This document shows positions 47,478 through 56,632 of a DNA stretch of 61,579 nucleotides, piece after piece (the first letter of the stretch is position 1; the number at the start of each line of letters is the position of its first letter). The stretch covers positions 1 to 61,579 of IMG/VR virus record IMGVR_UViG_3300031965_000028; one strand, 5' to 3'. The notes below the pieces were generated by a model, which saw only the letters and a program-made list of their open reading frames with translations, did no database searches and was not told the origin of the DNA. A program made the position numbers and the translations under genes. This stretch comes from a virus (Duplodnaviria; Caudoviricetes).

Positions 47478-47687
47478 CTAGCCATCCGCGTTCTCTCCAT
47501 CCGGCACTCGGCCGAGAATCGTCACCATGTTCGACACGCATGCCGATATCATCACCTTCTCTCCGTTCCTCAGCACCACTACCCGCTGCTTCTGCCCCGC
47601 GTGACTGACCGCTACTATCTGGTCTATCTCCACGTAGACGTAGCCGATAGGGTAACGCTCGAGCTTCTCTAGCCGTAAGTTAGGCAC
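47478..47687 (-). CDS. Small hypothetical protein (FlbD-like beta pattern)
   Basis: VYVEIDQIVAV...VVVLRNGEKVMI. Confidence 0.55.
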   Translation of the reverse strand: MPNLRLEKLERYPIGYVYVEIDQIVAVSHAGQKQRVVVLRNGEKVMISACVSNMVTILGRVPDGENADG

Positions 47688-48120
47688 CAGCGGCCTCCAT
47701 TTCCTTGTACATCGCCGCCAGCTGCTTTACTACCATGGCCCCGGCGTGGATGAGTTCCTTGCGCAAGTCGTCCAGTCCGCGCCGCTTCTCCTCGCTGCCC
47801 AGCCTGCCGACGTGTAGAGAGGTTCGCTGCAGCTCCACCGCCGCCTCCAGCAGTTCTTCCATCGTTATTGCCGACCGCCGTAGCGAGTCCTCCGGGTATA
47901 CCGGGTGCTTGGCGATGGACCGCACGTACTCGGCTTCGATGTCCTTCCACACCTTGGCCAGCACCGAATCGTTAATCAATACGCTCATGTGTCCTGCCTT
48001 CTTGCCACTCGTTCCCGTCGCTTCGACGTTCGGGTGAAATTGCTCGCAGACGCAACTGGAGAATCCCTGACCGCAGCGGGTACACACCTTCATAGCCCCT
48101 CTCACTTCTTCCCTAACCAT
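47680..48120 (-). CDS. MazG-like NTP pyrophosphohydrolase (possible MazZ function)
   Basis: KHP...AITMEELLEAA...LRKELIHAGAM (EExxE...E helix pattern); near purZ. Confidence 0.6.
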   Translation of the reverse strand: MVREEVRGAMKVCTRCGQGFSSCVCEQFHPNVEATGTSGKKAGHMSVLINDSVLAKVWKDIEAEYVRSIAKHPVYPEDSLRRSAITMEELLEAAVELQRTSLHVGRLGSEEKRRGLDDLRKELIHAGAMVVKQLAAMYKEMEAAGA

Positions 48121-48539
48121 TCATCCCTGTCCGTATCCGTCGCCATCGCTAGCTTTCTTTCTATCTGATGAGGACATTTGCCATAGGCCGATATAGCAAA
48201 GTTACAATTACAACACAGCAACCTAAGTCCCTTCCGTTTTCTTTCTGCTAACCAACAGTAGTAGGTTTGGCGGTTCTTAAATTGGCTACGGTGCGCTTTA
48301 CCCCCTCCGTGGATGTGGTCGATACACAGAAACTCTGGTCTGTGTTCTCCACAACACTTACACCTATCGCCATACCTAGCTAGCACTCTAGCCATTCTTC
48401 GCTTATCGGCCCTCCTAGCTTGGGCTTTGGCTAAGCCGGGGTTCTCCTTGCGCCACCTGCGTTGAGTTGCAGCCGCAGTCTCTCGGTCTTTAGCGGGCAC
48501 GTAGCCAATCCTCACGAGTGGTATCTGTGGCAAGAGCAA
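48102..48539 (-). CDS. HNH endonuclease (same subtype as 16083-16577)
   Basis: CKCCGE...FLCIDHIHGGG...LLCCNCN. Confidence 0.8.
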   Translation of the reverse strand: MLLPQIPLVRIGYVPAKDRETAAATQRRWRKENPGLAKAQARRADKRRMARVLARYGDRCKCCGEHRPEFLCIDHIHGGGKAHRSQFKNRQTYYCWLAERKRKGLRLLCCNCNFAISAYGKCPHQIERKLAMATDTDRDEWLGKK

Positions 48540-49335
48540 GGATACTGGCGAAGTTCAGATCATCCCCCTCGACGCTCACTCCCTCCAGTGCTGGTCCATT
48601 TGGACTCAATTTGCAAACCTGAATCTCGGCCTTGAACTCCCCGTCCTCCCGGTAGCAACGCACCGCCAGATCACTAAGGTATCCGATCTCCTTGAACCCG
48701 GCCCTCAGCATCTTCCCTGTTCTCACGCTCTGCATCTCCCCTTCCTTCAGCCTGTCCACGTACTCTTCCTTGAGCTGGTGGATGGTGATGAGGTGCTTAC
48801 CGTGAGTGCGGTAGACGGTGCGGTGTAGCTGCCGATACTTGGCGTTCACCGGACCATACAGCCGGTCCATGCGGCGTCCTCGGGGAGTCAGGGTTCCGAA
48901 GCTCGCGAGCCGGATAAGCTCCCACCCCTCGGTGCCGGTGTCTATCACTACTCCCTTCGCCCACCGCGCCGCCGCTTCCCCTACCCGCTTCTCCAGGTTG
49001 AACCACGCCTCCGCGCAGTTGGCCTTAACGGTTTCTTCGCTGAGCCCTATCGCATAGCGCACCGGTAGAATCTTGATCCCGTCTCGCTGCTTCTTCCCTT
49101 CCGGCTTCTTTGCGCGGTCGGCGGATTGATCGATGTCCACGTAGCCAAGCGGTCCTACCTCGGCCAGCGTCATTGCGAGGGAAGATTTTCCTGCTCCCTC
49201 TAGCCCGGTAATGTCCATGAAGATACCTCGGCGCGGGATGTTGGAGGTAGACATCGAGCTAAGGTCCTCCCAGTCGGCCTTGCCATCTACCCCCTCGTTC
49301 GTCTCGCTGCCCGCCTTACTCTTTAAAGCCATCAA
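48490..49335 (-). CDS. P-loop ATPase (Sak4/AAA_24-like recombination protein)
   Basis: GLEGAGKS, VVIDT, ITIHQLKEEY. Confidence 0.75.
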   Translation of the reverse strand: MMALKSKAGSETNEGVDGKADWEDLSSMSTSNIPRRGIFMDITGLEGAGKSSLAMTLAEVGPLGYVDIDQSADRAKKPEGKKQRDGIKILPVRYAIGLSEETVKANCAEAWFNLEKRVGEAAARWAKGVVIDTGTEGWELIRLASFGTLTPRGRRMDRLYGPVNAKYRQLHRTVYRTHGKHLITIHQLKEEYVDRLKEGEMQSVRTGKMLRAGFKEIGYLSDLAVRCYREDGEFKAEIQVCKLSPNGPALEGVSVEGDDLNFASILALATDTTREDWLRAR

Positions 49336-49557
49336 CGTGCCTTTCTTCGACCGGGAATGTATACCAGTTCAGCACCTGATATTCCCCGCTGGTCATCTCA
49401 TTCCAGTTGGGCCTGCTAGCCGGGTCATGATCCAGAGATGCGGAGTCCCTGTTCATCGCATCTACCTCCCAGGACTCGAATTTGATCGAATTGAAGAAAT
49501 CGCGAGTGTTGAGGCTCGGTATCCCCAGCACCGCCACTATCGTAAATTTCGGCATCG

Positions 49558-50301
49558 CTACACCTCTTCCAGTCTTCCGTTGCACCATAATCGCAGCTCT
49601 CCCTCGTCCTCCAGCTCCCAGTTCCGCGCTCTCCTTCTCGCTATCTCGCACTGCTCCTTATCCCGGTCGAACCCCAGCCATGGTCGCCCCACTACGGCGG
49701 CAGACACGAGCGTAGAGCCGCTGCCACAGAAGGGGTCAAGGATGGTATCGCCTTCCTTCGACAACAGGGAAACAAGAAACGTTGTTAGTTCTATCGGCTT
49801 CTGCGCCGTGTGCAGCTTGTCCATCTGCGCCACCTTGTCGCACACCAGGATGTTAGAGTATATCGCCCGCCGCTCCGAGTTCCACGTGTGACGGGCTCCG
49901 GGTGCGGCGAACCACAGGATGTGAGTGCACAGGGAGCCGAAGTTCCGCGCCCTTGGCTTACCGGCGTTCCACATCACCATCAGCTCGGCCATCCATATGA
50001 ACCCGGCGTCCTCCATCGCTACCATCCACGCGGCGGTCGCATGCACCCCGGCCATTACCACTGTTGCCCCGCCTTTCCTCAGCACCCGCTTGAACTGGGT
50101 AGCATAGGGCCGCGCCCACTCTACGGCGGAGGAGGAAGAGGAGACGGAGGGAGCCCATGGATCGCTACCTACCCCGCCCTCATCGCGGCTTATGCCGGTA
50201 AAGAAGGGAGGGTCGCTGATAATGGCTCCTATGCTATTGTCTGGTAATCTAGAGAGCAGGTAAAGCGAGTCACCGCGCGTTACTCGATTGAGAGAGGTCA
50301 C
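49558..50301 (-). CDS. Beta-class amino-DNA methyltransferase (N6A/N4C)
   Basis: ISDPPF (motif IV) ... HTAQKP ... ILDPFCGSGST (motif I). Confidence 0.92.
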   Translation of the reverse strand: MTSLNRVTRGDSLYLLSRLPDNSIGAIISDPPFFTGISRDEGGVGSDPWAPSVSSSSSAVEWARPYATQFKRVLRKGGATVVMAGVHATAAWMVAMEDAGFIWMAELMVMWNAGKPRARNFGSLCTHILWFAAPGARHTWNSERRAIYSNILVCDKVAQMDKLHTAQKPIELTTFLVSLLSKEGDTILDPFCGSGSTLVSAAVVGRPWLGFDRDKEQCEIARRRARNWELEDEGELRLWCNGRLEEV

Positions 50302-50314
50302 CGCCGTCTCCTTG

Positions 50315-50905
50315 TTATTCTTCCTGTGCGTAGCTGTGGATCATCGACCAGTTCTCAATCAGCTCCTCTTTCGCCCATTTATCCATCCACATCATCCCCT
50401 CCGGTGGACCACCCTTATAGTCCCCGTTGATGAACACGATGATAAGGACCCCGCGACTCATTCCCGCCATGATCGCGTAGGATTTGAGCTGCCACCAATA
50501 CCGGGCAAACCATTGATCCTCGATGTCCTCGGCCCGGCGCGAGGAGGCCCACGTGCACTTCAGCTCCACCGTCGCCCACGCGGACATCGGTAGATCCTTT
50601 TTTGGTTTCTTATTGCTACCGCCCCACATATCCCACAGGTCCGGGGTGCCATAGATTCCCTGGTAGTGGAGCTGTCCCGGCCGCACATAACGATCTGGGT
50701 ATTCGCGGGCGAGCGCCTCGATCATGGCGTATTCGAGTGCGTTGCCTAGGTTGGCCCGCACCTGATCGATCGGGTCAGAGCCGAATCTGTCAGGATATAG
50801 CGCGCTCATGATGCGGTGAATCGCAGATGAGACGTGACGACCCTTCGATCGCCCTTCCTGACGAAAAAGCTCTAACAGCCGATCGTTGATCAGGCGCGGA
50901 GCCAT
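50315..50905 (-). CDS. PD-(D/E)xK exonuclease
   Basis: GTPD...VELKCT...WQLKSY. Confidence 0.8.
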   Translation of the reverse strand: MAPRLINDRLLELFRQEGRSKGRHVSSAIHRIMSALYPDRFGSDPIDQVRANLGNALEYAMIEALAREYPDRYVRPGQLHYQGIYGTPDLWDMWGGSNKKPKKDLPMSAWATVELKCTWASSRRAEDIEDQWFARYWWQLKSYAIMAGMSRGVLIIVFINGDYKGGPPEGMMWMDKWAKEELIENWSMIHSYAQEE

Positions 50906-50944
50906 TGTGCTATCGCTTGTGACTATCGCTGGTTGTGCCGCTGG

Positions 50945-51820
50945 CTATCCGACCGACAAGATCCCCGTCTTCTCGTCGAAGTCCCACGGGCCGTCTTCCA
51001 CGAAGTCCGCTTCCATCACCCTCTTTACTGCCCGCGCCTTGTCCTTATCCTTCGCCATGGCCTTCAGGATCTCGGTGGCCAGCTTGCCCTTCTTCAGCTT
51101 GCCGCCCGCCTCGGAGATGGCCTCCATGACGACGCCCTGAAGCTTGTCATCCAGATCGTCGCCGCCGCCCGTCTCTTCCTCTTCCGGCTCAGGCTTACTG
51201 GTCGCCCGTCCCGCCTGTCCGTTGGGCTTCGACGCCTTCTTGCCGCTCTTGCTCGTCTCCGCCTCGCCGTAGCCGAAGACTTCCGTTACCACCAGCACAT
51301 CGTTCGCGCGCCTTCTTCCCTCTTCCCCCTCCGCTTGCACCAGCCCCGACCGCTTCTTCTGCGGCACACGGTTGAAGTGAGCGTCGAGCCCTTCCAGGCA
51401 GTCGAGCGATGAGGTGAGGTCCTTGCGCGTGAACTTCTTGCTGGCCTCGCCCGCGTCCACGATGCTGCTCATCAGGTGCGCGAAGTTGGTGTTGTTGTTC
51501 AGACCCGCTCTCTTCCCCACCTTGAGCGCGAATGGCCCCGTCTCGTCTTCGTCGCATGGCGTCTTGCCATCCTGCGAGGGAACGAACGAGTCGAGGTTAC
51601 CCGCGCTCCACCGCTGCACGAACGGTTCATCTTCATCCTCGGGCTGAATGGTGAGTCGCGCTGCCAGCACCGGTTCATCGATGTTACCGTCGTAGTCCCA
51701 GCGTTCGTAGACCGCCTCGATGATGCGGCCCCGAAAATCATCCTTCAGCCCGCCTGCCAGCATCTCGTCCGGGTTCAGGCTTGCTACTTCTGCTCTCTCT
51801 TTCGCCATGTGTATCTCCAT
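50945..51820 (-). CDS. Acidic protein, probable ssDNA-binding protein
   Basis: Beta-rich N-terminus, acidic; upstream of exonuclease and ATPase. Confidence 0.5.
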   Translation of the reverse strand: MEIHMAKERAEVASLNPDEMLAGGLKDDFRGRIIEAVYERWDYDGNIDEPVLAARLTIQPEDEDEPFVQRWSAGNLDSFVPSQDGKTPCDEDETGPFALKVGKRAGLNNNTNFAHLMSSIVDAGEASKKFTRKDLTSSLDCLEGLDAHFNRVPQKKRSGLVQAEGEEGRRRANDVLVVTEVFGYGEAETSKSGKKASKPNGQAGRATSKPEPEEEETGGGDDLDDKLQGVVMEAISEAGGKLKKGKLATEILKAMAKDKDKARAVKRVMEADFVEDGPWDFDEKTGILSVG

Positions 51821-51844
51821 TGCGTTAACGCGTTAACCTAGCTA

Positions 51845-52075
51845 GGGTCGGTGATGGAGGGACCGTGAAGCCCAAGGAGGCGAGAATAGTGCGTCGTCCA
51901 GGGGTCACCGGAGTAGGTGATGGCTCTCTCCTTCCACCACCGCAGCGCACTATGTCCCGTTTTGAAACACCCACAGTCCCTCCGTGTAGGGCCAACACCC
52001 TCCGGAGCGACAGGCAGGAGTACCGTTGTCGGATTCGGAGAGAGTAGGCTGGCCCGCCCGAAAGCAGGCCGAGCG
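51845..52075 (-). ncRNA. Putative ~230-nt structured leader RNA
   Basis: Nested stems 51856-67/51972-83, 51886-93/51946-53, 51916-23/51934-41; mismatches resolve as G-U only on minus strand. Confidence 0.6.
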
Positions 52076-52078
52076 AGG

Positions 52079-52108
52079 ATTCTAACTCTGCCGTTGCGCC
52101 CCTGTCAA
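52079..52108 (-). promoter_or_regulatory. sigma-70-type promoter TTGACA-N18-TAGAAT
   Basis: Near-identical to 3813-3842. Confidence 0.8.
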
Positions 52109-52155
52109 TACTGAGCCACAGCGCACCTGCTACCGCTCAATCGGCGGCACGACCA

Positions 52156-52371
52156 CTATGCGCGGGACACATTCGCCGCTCTCGGCCCCTTCTTTCCCTC
52201 CGTCTCCTCGAATTCCACCTCGGTGCCGCGCTCCAGGCTGTCGAAGCTGAACCCCGGCTCTTCCTGTATATCGCTCATGTGGAAGAAGTAATCCTGGCCG
52301 TTCGGCCCCTCCAGAAAGCCGAATCCGCGATCTTTCACTGTTCGTTTCACTTTACCTATAGCCATGCCCAA
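52156..52371 (-). CDS. Cold-shock domain protein
   Basis: GKVK...DRGFGFL...DYFFHMSDI...VEFE...GKKGPRAANV. Confidence 0.92.
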   Translation of the reverse strand: MGMAIGKVKRTVKDRGFGFLEGPNGQDYFFHMSDIQEEPGFSFDSLERGTEVEFEETEGKKGPRAANVSRA

Positions 52372-52868
52372 TTCCTTCGTCGGTTAATCCTTGCTATCAT
52401 TGTAGTTGAGACTTCGTACTTACGTGCTAGTACGTTGCCTGCTTCCCCTGTCGCCAACCTACTCCTAATATCTAGTACCTCTAGCTCCGTTAGCTTACCA
52501 CCACCGCCATTGGCTTCACCCCTTGCTGTACGTCCTTTATTACACTTATCTCGTACATTATCTATACTGGTACCAAGGAATAGGTGCTTAGGGTTGCAGC
52601 ACGGAGGACTATCACACCGATGTAGTACTTGTCTTTTCGGCCAATACCCTCGTGTTACTCTCCAGGCGATTCGATGTGCTCGTCGAAGGTATTTGCGGCC
52701 TAGAGCGCGTATAGTAAGAGTGCCGTACCCGTCCCTATCCGTACGCGCCGTCCATGGCCAACATTCGTCCGGCCCCCGTATATCAACGTGTAGCCAGAAT
52801 CGCTCGGATAGACTCATGTTTCTACTTCCGTGAAGCTCCTTACCCGCCGAATCGAAGAGCGAAACCAC
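52356..52868 (-). CDS. HNH endonuclease with C-terminal HTH
   Basis: ECWPW, AHRIAW, VLHRCDSPPCCNPKHLFLGT..DN..D. Confidence 0.9.
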   Translation of the reverse strand: MVSLFDSAGKELHGSRNMSLSERFWLHVDIRGPDECWPWTARTDRDGYGTLTIRALGRKYLRRAHRIAWRVTRGYWPKRQVLHRCDSPPCCNPKHLFLGTSIDNVRDKCNKGRTARGEANGGGGKLTELEVLDIRSRLATGEAGNVLARKYEVSTTMIARINRRRNWAWL

Positions 52869-55282
52869 TTAGGCATCAGGTTTTTGTTCTTAGCAAAGAA
52901 CCAATACCAGTGGTCATCGATTATATAAGTGCGGCAAAAGTCATCCTCGCTGCGCATCCCTCGTCCTGACCGCTGGATCAACTCTACTATTGTTACATAA
53001 TCGAGATACCTCTTATCCGCCTTGTGCCGCGCCTTGATCACCGCTGGCCGCGAGTCGATGAATGGCATCTTTGCTATTATCTGGAACCGCGCTTCCGATT
53101 GCGGGAAATCCCATCCCGTCCCTACGCTGGGACTCACCAGCACTGCCGGAGGTCGCGCTGCTTTAAACGCCGCTACCGTATCCCGCATGCTACGTCGGTC
53201 GTGCACGTAGATAATGCTACTGAAGCGGCTGCGGGATTGGATCAGCTTCATCTGGGCGTAGCTCATCGTGAACACAATCCCCTTGCTTCCCTTCCCTTCT
53301 CCTCCTTCTACCGCCTCCTTCTGGACGATTTGGTCAATCCTGTTCAACCAGATCTTCTCCTCTCCTAGTGTCATGTTGCGCCCAACTTTGACGGTAGGAA
53401 TGGTGTAGATCGGACGACGGCTGCGCTTGAACGGACTAGGGTATTCCTTGTATAGGTACTGCGACGGATCTATCCCCAGGTATCCCGCATCTTTTGTCGT
53501 CACCGTGGCCGATACCAGGATCACGCGCGGGATTCCGGCGAACAAGTATTTCTCGCCATAGCCGCTTGCCCACACCGGCTGGAACGTCGCCCCGTCCTTG
53601 TTCTCCTCAATGATCCAATCAGTAGAGGCTCCCGGTACCCATGCAGGAGGGTCGGGGGCATCCGTCCGCTTCCACATCTTCGCTCCTGCCAGTCCCGCCA
53701 GATTCGTCTCCAGCTCATTTAATCTCCGTACCACCGTGATTGAGTGCCGGTACATAGAGACTTGGGTCTTGGCTGACTCCACTCGCGCCCGACATACAGG
53801 GAGCGCCTCAGTATCAGCCCAATGTACCCACTCCTCTATAGGCACTCCTCGGGGAACCTCTAGTCCCAGTAGCGCCTTTACTTCCTTCGCCACTATCTCA
53901 ATCTTCACGAACTCCGCCAGCGATTCGGCTGCATCGTGCGCCTCATCCAGGATAAGAGTATCAAACTTTCCTAAGGATTGCTGCACTGCCGCGTACCGGT
54001 TCATCGTCATCCAGTAGGAGTAATTGGTTACCACTAACCGGGATTTGCTGGCGCGACGGAGCGCGTCATAATAGTTACAACCACCTTCGCGGAGCTCGCA
54101 CTCGATCCCGGCGTGACAGGGACCTTCATCGCAGCCGGGAAGGATTCTCCGTCCCTCTTCCTCGAAGTACAGGCACGGGTAGTTGTTTTGTCCTTTAACC
54201 TCGACCAGCCCCATCTCCGAGAAGTCGCCCATGAGTTGCTGCTGCAGCCCCTTGGTCTGGGTTAGAGCGAGCGTGCGTCCTCCCACCATGGCCGCTACCG
54301 CCATGTAGATGGTAGACTTGCCGCAGTTGTGTACAACGATCCCATTTGCCAGGAAGTTTCTGTGCGGATCGGTGCACATCAGGTCGTACGTCCTCTCCAT
54401 CTTGAACTTGGCAACGCTCTTTACTCTTACTTCCGTTGGCAACACCTGTAGCTTGTCTCCGGGTCGATGTAGACGAAGGTGATCGGCGCACGACAACACA
54501 TCCAGATTATCCGGATGGTTATTTAGATGGTTGTTATCCTTGTGGTGAACATGGAACTCATCAGGGTCTATGAATTGTAAGCACTTAGCTAAATCTGGGT
54601 CAGTTCTACAAATTCGTACGAAATCCAGCACAGATAGCCCGTTCAGCCTAGCCTCAGCCACTACGCGGTGGAACTCAATTTTTCCTCGTACTCGCTCCGG
54701 TCCTCGTTTGTGTCCACGACGGCGGTCGTATCCCGAGCGATAGCTAATGCGACTGTGTGCAAATGGATGGAATACTAGCCCCTGAATCGTACTGTATACC
54801 CTCTTCGGACTTCGTAATCCACTGTAAGGAATTGACCCGTCGCAAACTACTATACTAGACTTGCGCAGGTTGACTAGTGGGGTAAAGCCTTCGGTAGTTA
54901 GGATCTCGTGGTCCGGGGTAGCTCGCAGCTTCCTGCCATCCTCCAGTACCAACTCATACGTAAGCTTTACCCCACTATATACCACCTCGCTAACTTCGTG
55001 TAGACCAATCCTGTCCCCTAGGAGGCTTCTCGTAAAGGTTGGATAGTCGCGCCTGAGTACATTATTCTGATTGGTAAACTCACGCTCGATTGAGTACTTC
55101 TTCGATGCCTTAAGCCGTCCACCTCTAGCTACGGTTATTACTGTATCATGCGACACACAGCCGGGAGGAGCATTGATGATGGTGAAGCGGCGCTCATTGC
55201 AGGCAGCCGAGATTACCGCATCGAGCTGGCGCGGTCGCCACTCAGCGAATTTCGGAGGTAGGCCCAGATCAGTAGGATTCAC
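52814..55282 (-). CDS. DinG/XPD-family SF2 helicase containing an intein
   Basis: Q motif WRPRQ, Walker A APPG/CGKS split by intein, Fe-S Cys cluster, ILDEAH, SAT, GWDFP, QRSGRGMRSEDD. Confidence 0.9.
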   Translation of the reverse strand: MNPTDLGLPPKFAEWRPRQLDAVISAACNERRFTIINAPPGCVSHDTVITVARGGRLKASKKYSIEREFTNQNNVLRRDYPTFTRSLLGDRIGLHEVSEVVYSGVKLTYELVLEDGRKLRATPDHEILTTEGFTPLVNLRKSSIVVCDGSIPYSGLRSPKRVYSTIQGLVFHPFAHSRISYRSGYDRRRGHKRGPERVRGKIEFHRVVAEARLNGLSVLDFVRICRTDPDLAKCLQFIDPDEFHVHHKDNNHLNNHPDNLDVLSCADHLRLHRPGDKLQVLPTEVRVKSVAKFKMERTYDLMCTDPHRNFLANGIVVHNCGKSTIYMAVAAMVGGRTLALTQTKGLQQQLMGDFSEMGLVEVKGQNNYPCLYFEEEGRRILPGCDEGPCHAGIECELREGGCNYYDALRRASKSRLVVTNYSYWMTMNRYAAVQQSLGKFDTLILDEAHDAAESLAEFVKIEIVAKEVKALLGLEVPRGVPIEEWVHWADTEALPVCRARVESAKTQVSMYRHSITVVRRLNELETNLAGLAGAKMWKRTDAPDPPAWVPGASTDWIIEENKDGATFQPVWASGYGEKYLFAGIPRVILVSATVTTKDAGYLGIDPSQYLYKEYPSPFKRSRRPIYTIPTVKVGRNMTLGEEKIWLNRIDQIVQKEAVEGGEGKGSKGIVFTMSYAQMKLIQSRSRFSSIIYVHDRRSMRDTVAAFKAARPPAVLVSPSVGTGWDFPQSEARFQIIAKMPFIDSRPAVIKARHKADKRYLDYVTIVELIQRSGRGMRSEDDFCRTYIIDDHWYWFFAKNKNLMPKWFRSSIRRVRSFTEVET
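54326..55159 (-). mobile_element. Intein (278 aa) with HNH endonuclease, in helicase Walker A
   Basis: Begins CVSHDT, block B LRATPDHEILT, ends NFLANGIVVHN|C; VHHKDNNHLNNHPDNL. Confidence 0.93.
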
Positions 55283-55932
55283 TCGTTGCTCGTCTCGGGT
55301 GGGGCGGGCACGCGAGCGGCCTCCCCTCGTTCAGCGTTGGCGACGATTGCGCCGATCTCAGCGCCGAGGTCGTTCAGCGAACGCGCGGGCACATGGAGAT
55401 AGGCGTGGCCTCGCGCATCGTGCCGCGTCTCACATGCGAGAACGGCCTTGAGCGCCGCCAGCAGGTCGGCATTGACCGGCTGTTCCGGCTCCGCTGCCCC
55501 TCGCCCCGCCTCGCATGCGTCAGAACATCCGCCGTCCGCGCACCAGTCACGTTTCGCCTGCGGCTTCTCCGCTGCCCCTCGGAGGGAGGCCAGCGACTCG
55601 AAATACTTGTCTCGCCACCTGGCCGCTGCTTCCTGCCACTCGGGGGTCTGTTGCGTCCAGTCGCCACCGCTGACGTTCGCGAGCACAACCCATAACATTT
55701 CCGCCGCATCCTTCAGCGTCTCCACCTCTGGCGAGGGTCGCAGGGAGGCCAGTGCCGAGGCCAGTTCGTCCGTGCAATTTTTATATACCTGCGCCTTGCC
55801 CTCCCAATAAGATGGATCCTCCGTGACAGCAGCAAACTCAGCGACTTTGGCGTCGTAAAACGCTTGATCTTTGCGCCACTTGGCTATCAGCGCCTCGACC
55901 GGGTTAGACATCGGCCTTGCTCCATGTTTCAC
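55279..55932 (-). CDS. Hypothetical mosaic protein
   Basis: ORF in operon; contains DLLAALK module. Confidence 0.55.
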   Translation of the reverse strand: MKHGARPMSNPVEALIAKWRKDQAFYDAKVAEFAAVTEDPSYWEGKAQVYKNCTDELASALASLRPSPEVETLKDAAEMLWVVLANVSGGDWTQQTPEWQEAAARWRDKYFESLASLRGAAEKPQAKRDWCADGGCSDACEAGRGAAEPEQPVNADLLAALKAVLACETRHDARGHAYLHVPARSLNDLGAEIGAIVANAERGEAARVPAPPETSNE

Positions 55933-56278
55933 ATTCTGCTGTTTCGCCGTGCTTAATGGACTGCTCGTATTCGCACCCTAGAGAGCCATCGTCCAGCGCC
56001 GCTTCCATCGCCTTGTCGAGGAAGTCAGATAGGGGCGTTGAACCGTCCTCGCGTTCGTCAAGCATCGCGTGCTGAACGTCCTTTGCAAATTCGACCGCGT
56101 CGGTGATGGCGAACGTGCGGATGTAGTCGTCGCGGGCTTCATCAAAAGGATTCGCCCAATCCGCATATGACGCCGCGTGCGCGAGCGTGTGAATCCCGAT
56201 TTCAATGACCAATTTTCCGCCAGCGACCCTGACCGCCAGCGGCCTACCGTAGTGATAGTGCTTCGGCTCACGGCTCAT
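55904..56278 (-). CDS. Hypothetical protein
   Basis: GGAGG RBS; protein-like composition. Confidence 0.6.
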   Translation of the reverse strand: MSREPKHYHYGRPLAVRVAGGKLVIEIGIHTLAHAASYADWANPFDEARDDYIRTFAITDAVEFAKDVQHAMLDEREDGSTPLSDFLDKAMEAALDDGSLGCEYEQSIKHGETAECETWSKADV

Positions 56279-56632
56279 GGCGCGATCCTCCGGGGGCGAG
56301 ATTTATCACGGCGACGAATCTGCCACATTAGCAACCAATGCGGCTGCACCAGCCACAGGTAATATTTCGGTGAGCGAAAGAACAGCCGCCAGCGTGGACG
56401 TAGCCCGCCGCCGTCCTTGTAATAACGCGGATCTGGACTTGAACCTGCCATCTACGTCCCTCCCTCTGCGGGTGCCGGGCGCTGCGGCGATGCGGGGGCG
56501 ACTTTTCTCAGCAGATCTTGCACGACCGGAGAAGCACAGTAAGCACACAAGGTGGAGGCATCCCCAATCCCGCAGTAATCAGGATTGTAGCACCCGCTGG
56601 GCGGTGCGGGGGCGGGAGGATCGGAGACAGGC

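Noticed and set aside
50315-50905. CRISPR-associated Cas4 / CRISPR array
   Set aside because: No Fe-S cysteines, no cas genes, and no repeat-spacer array seen anywhere in the window
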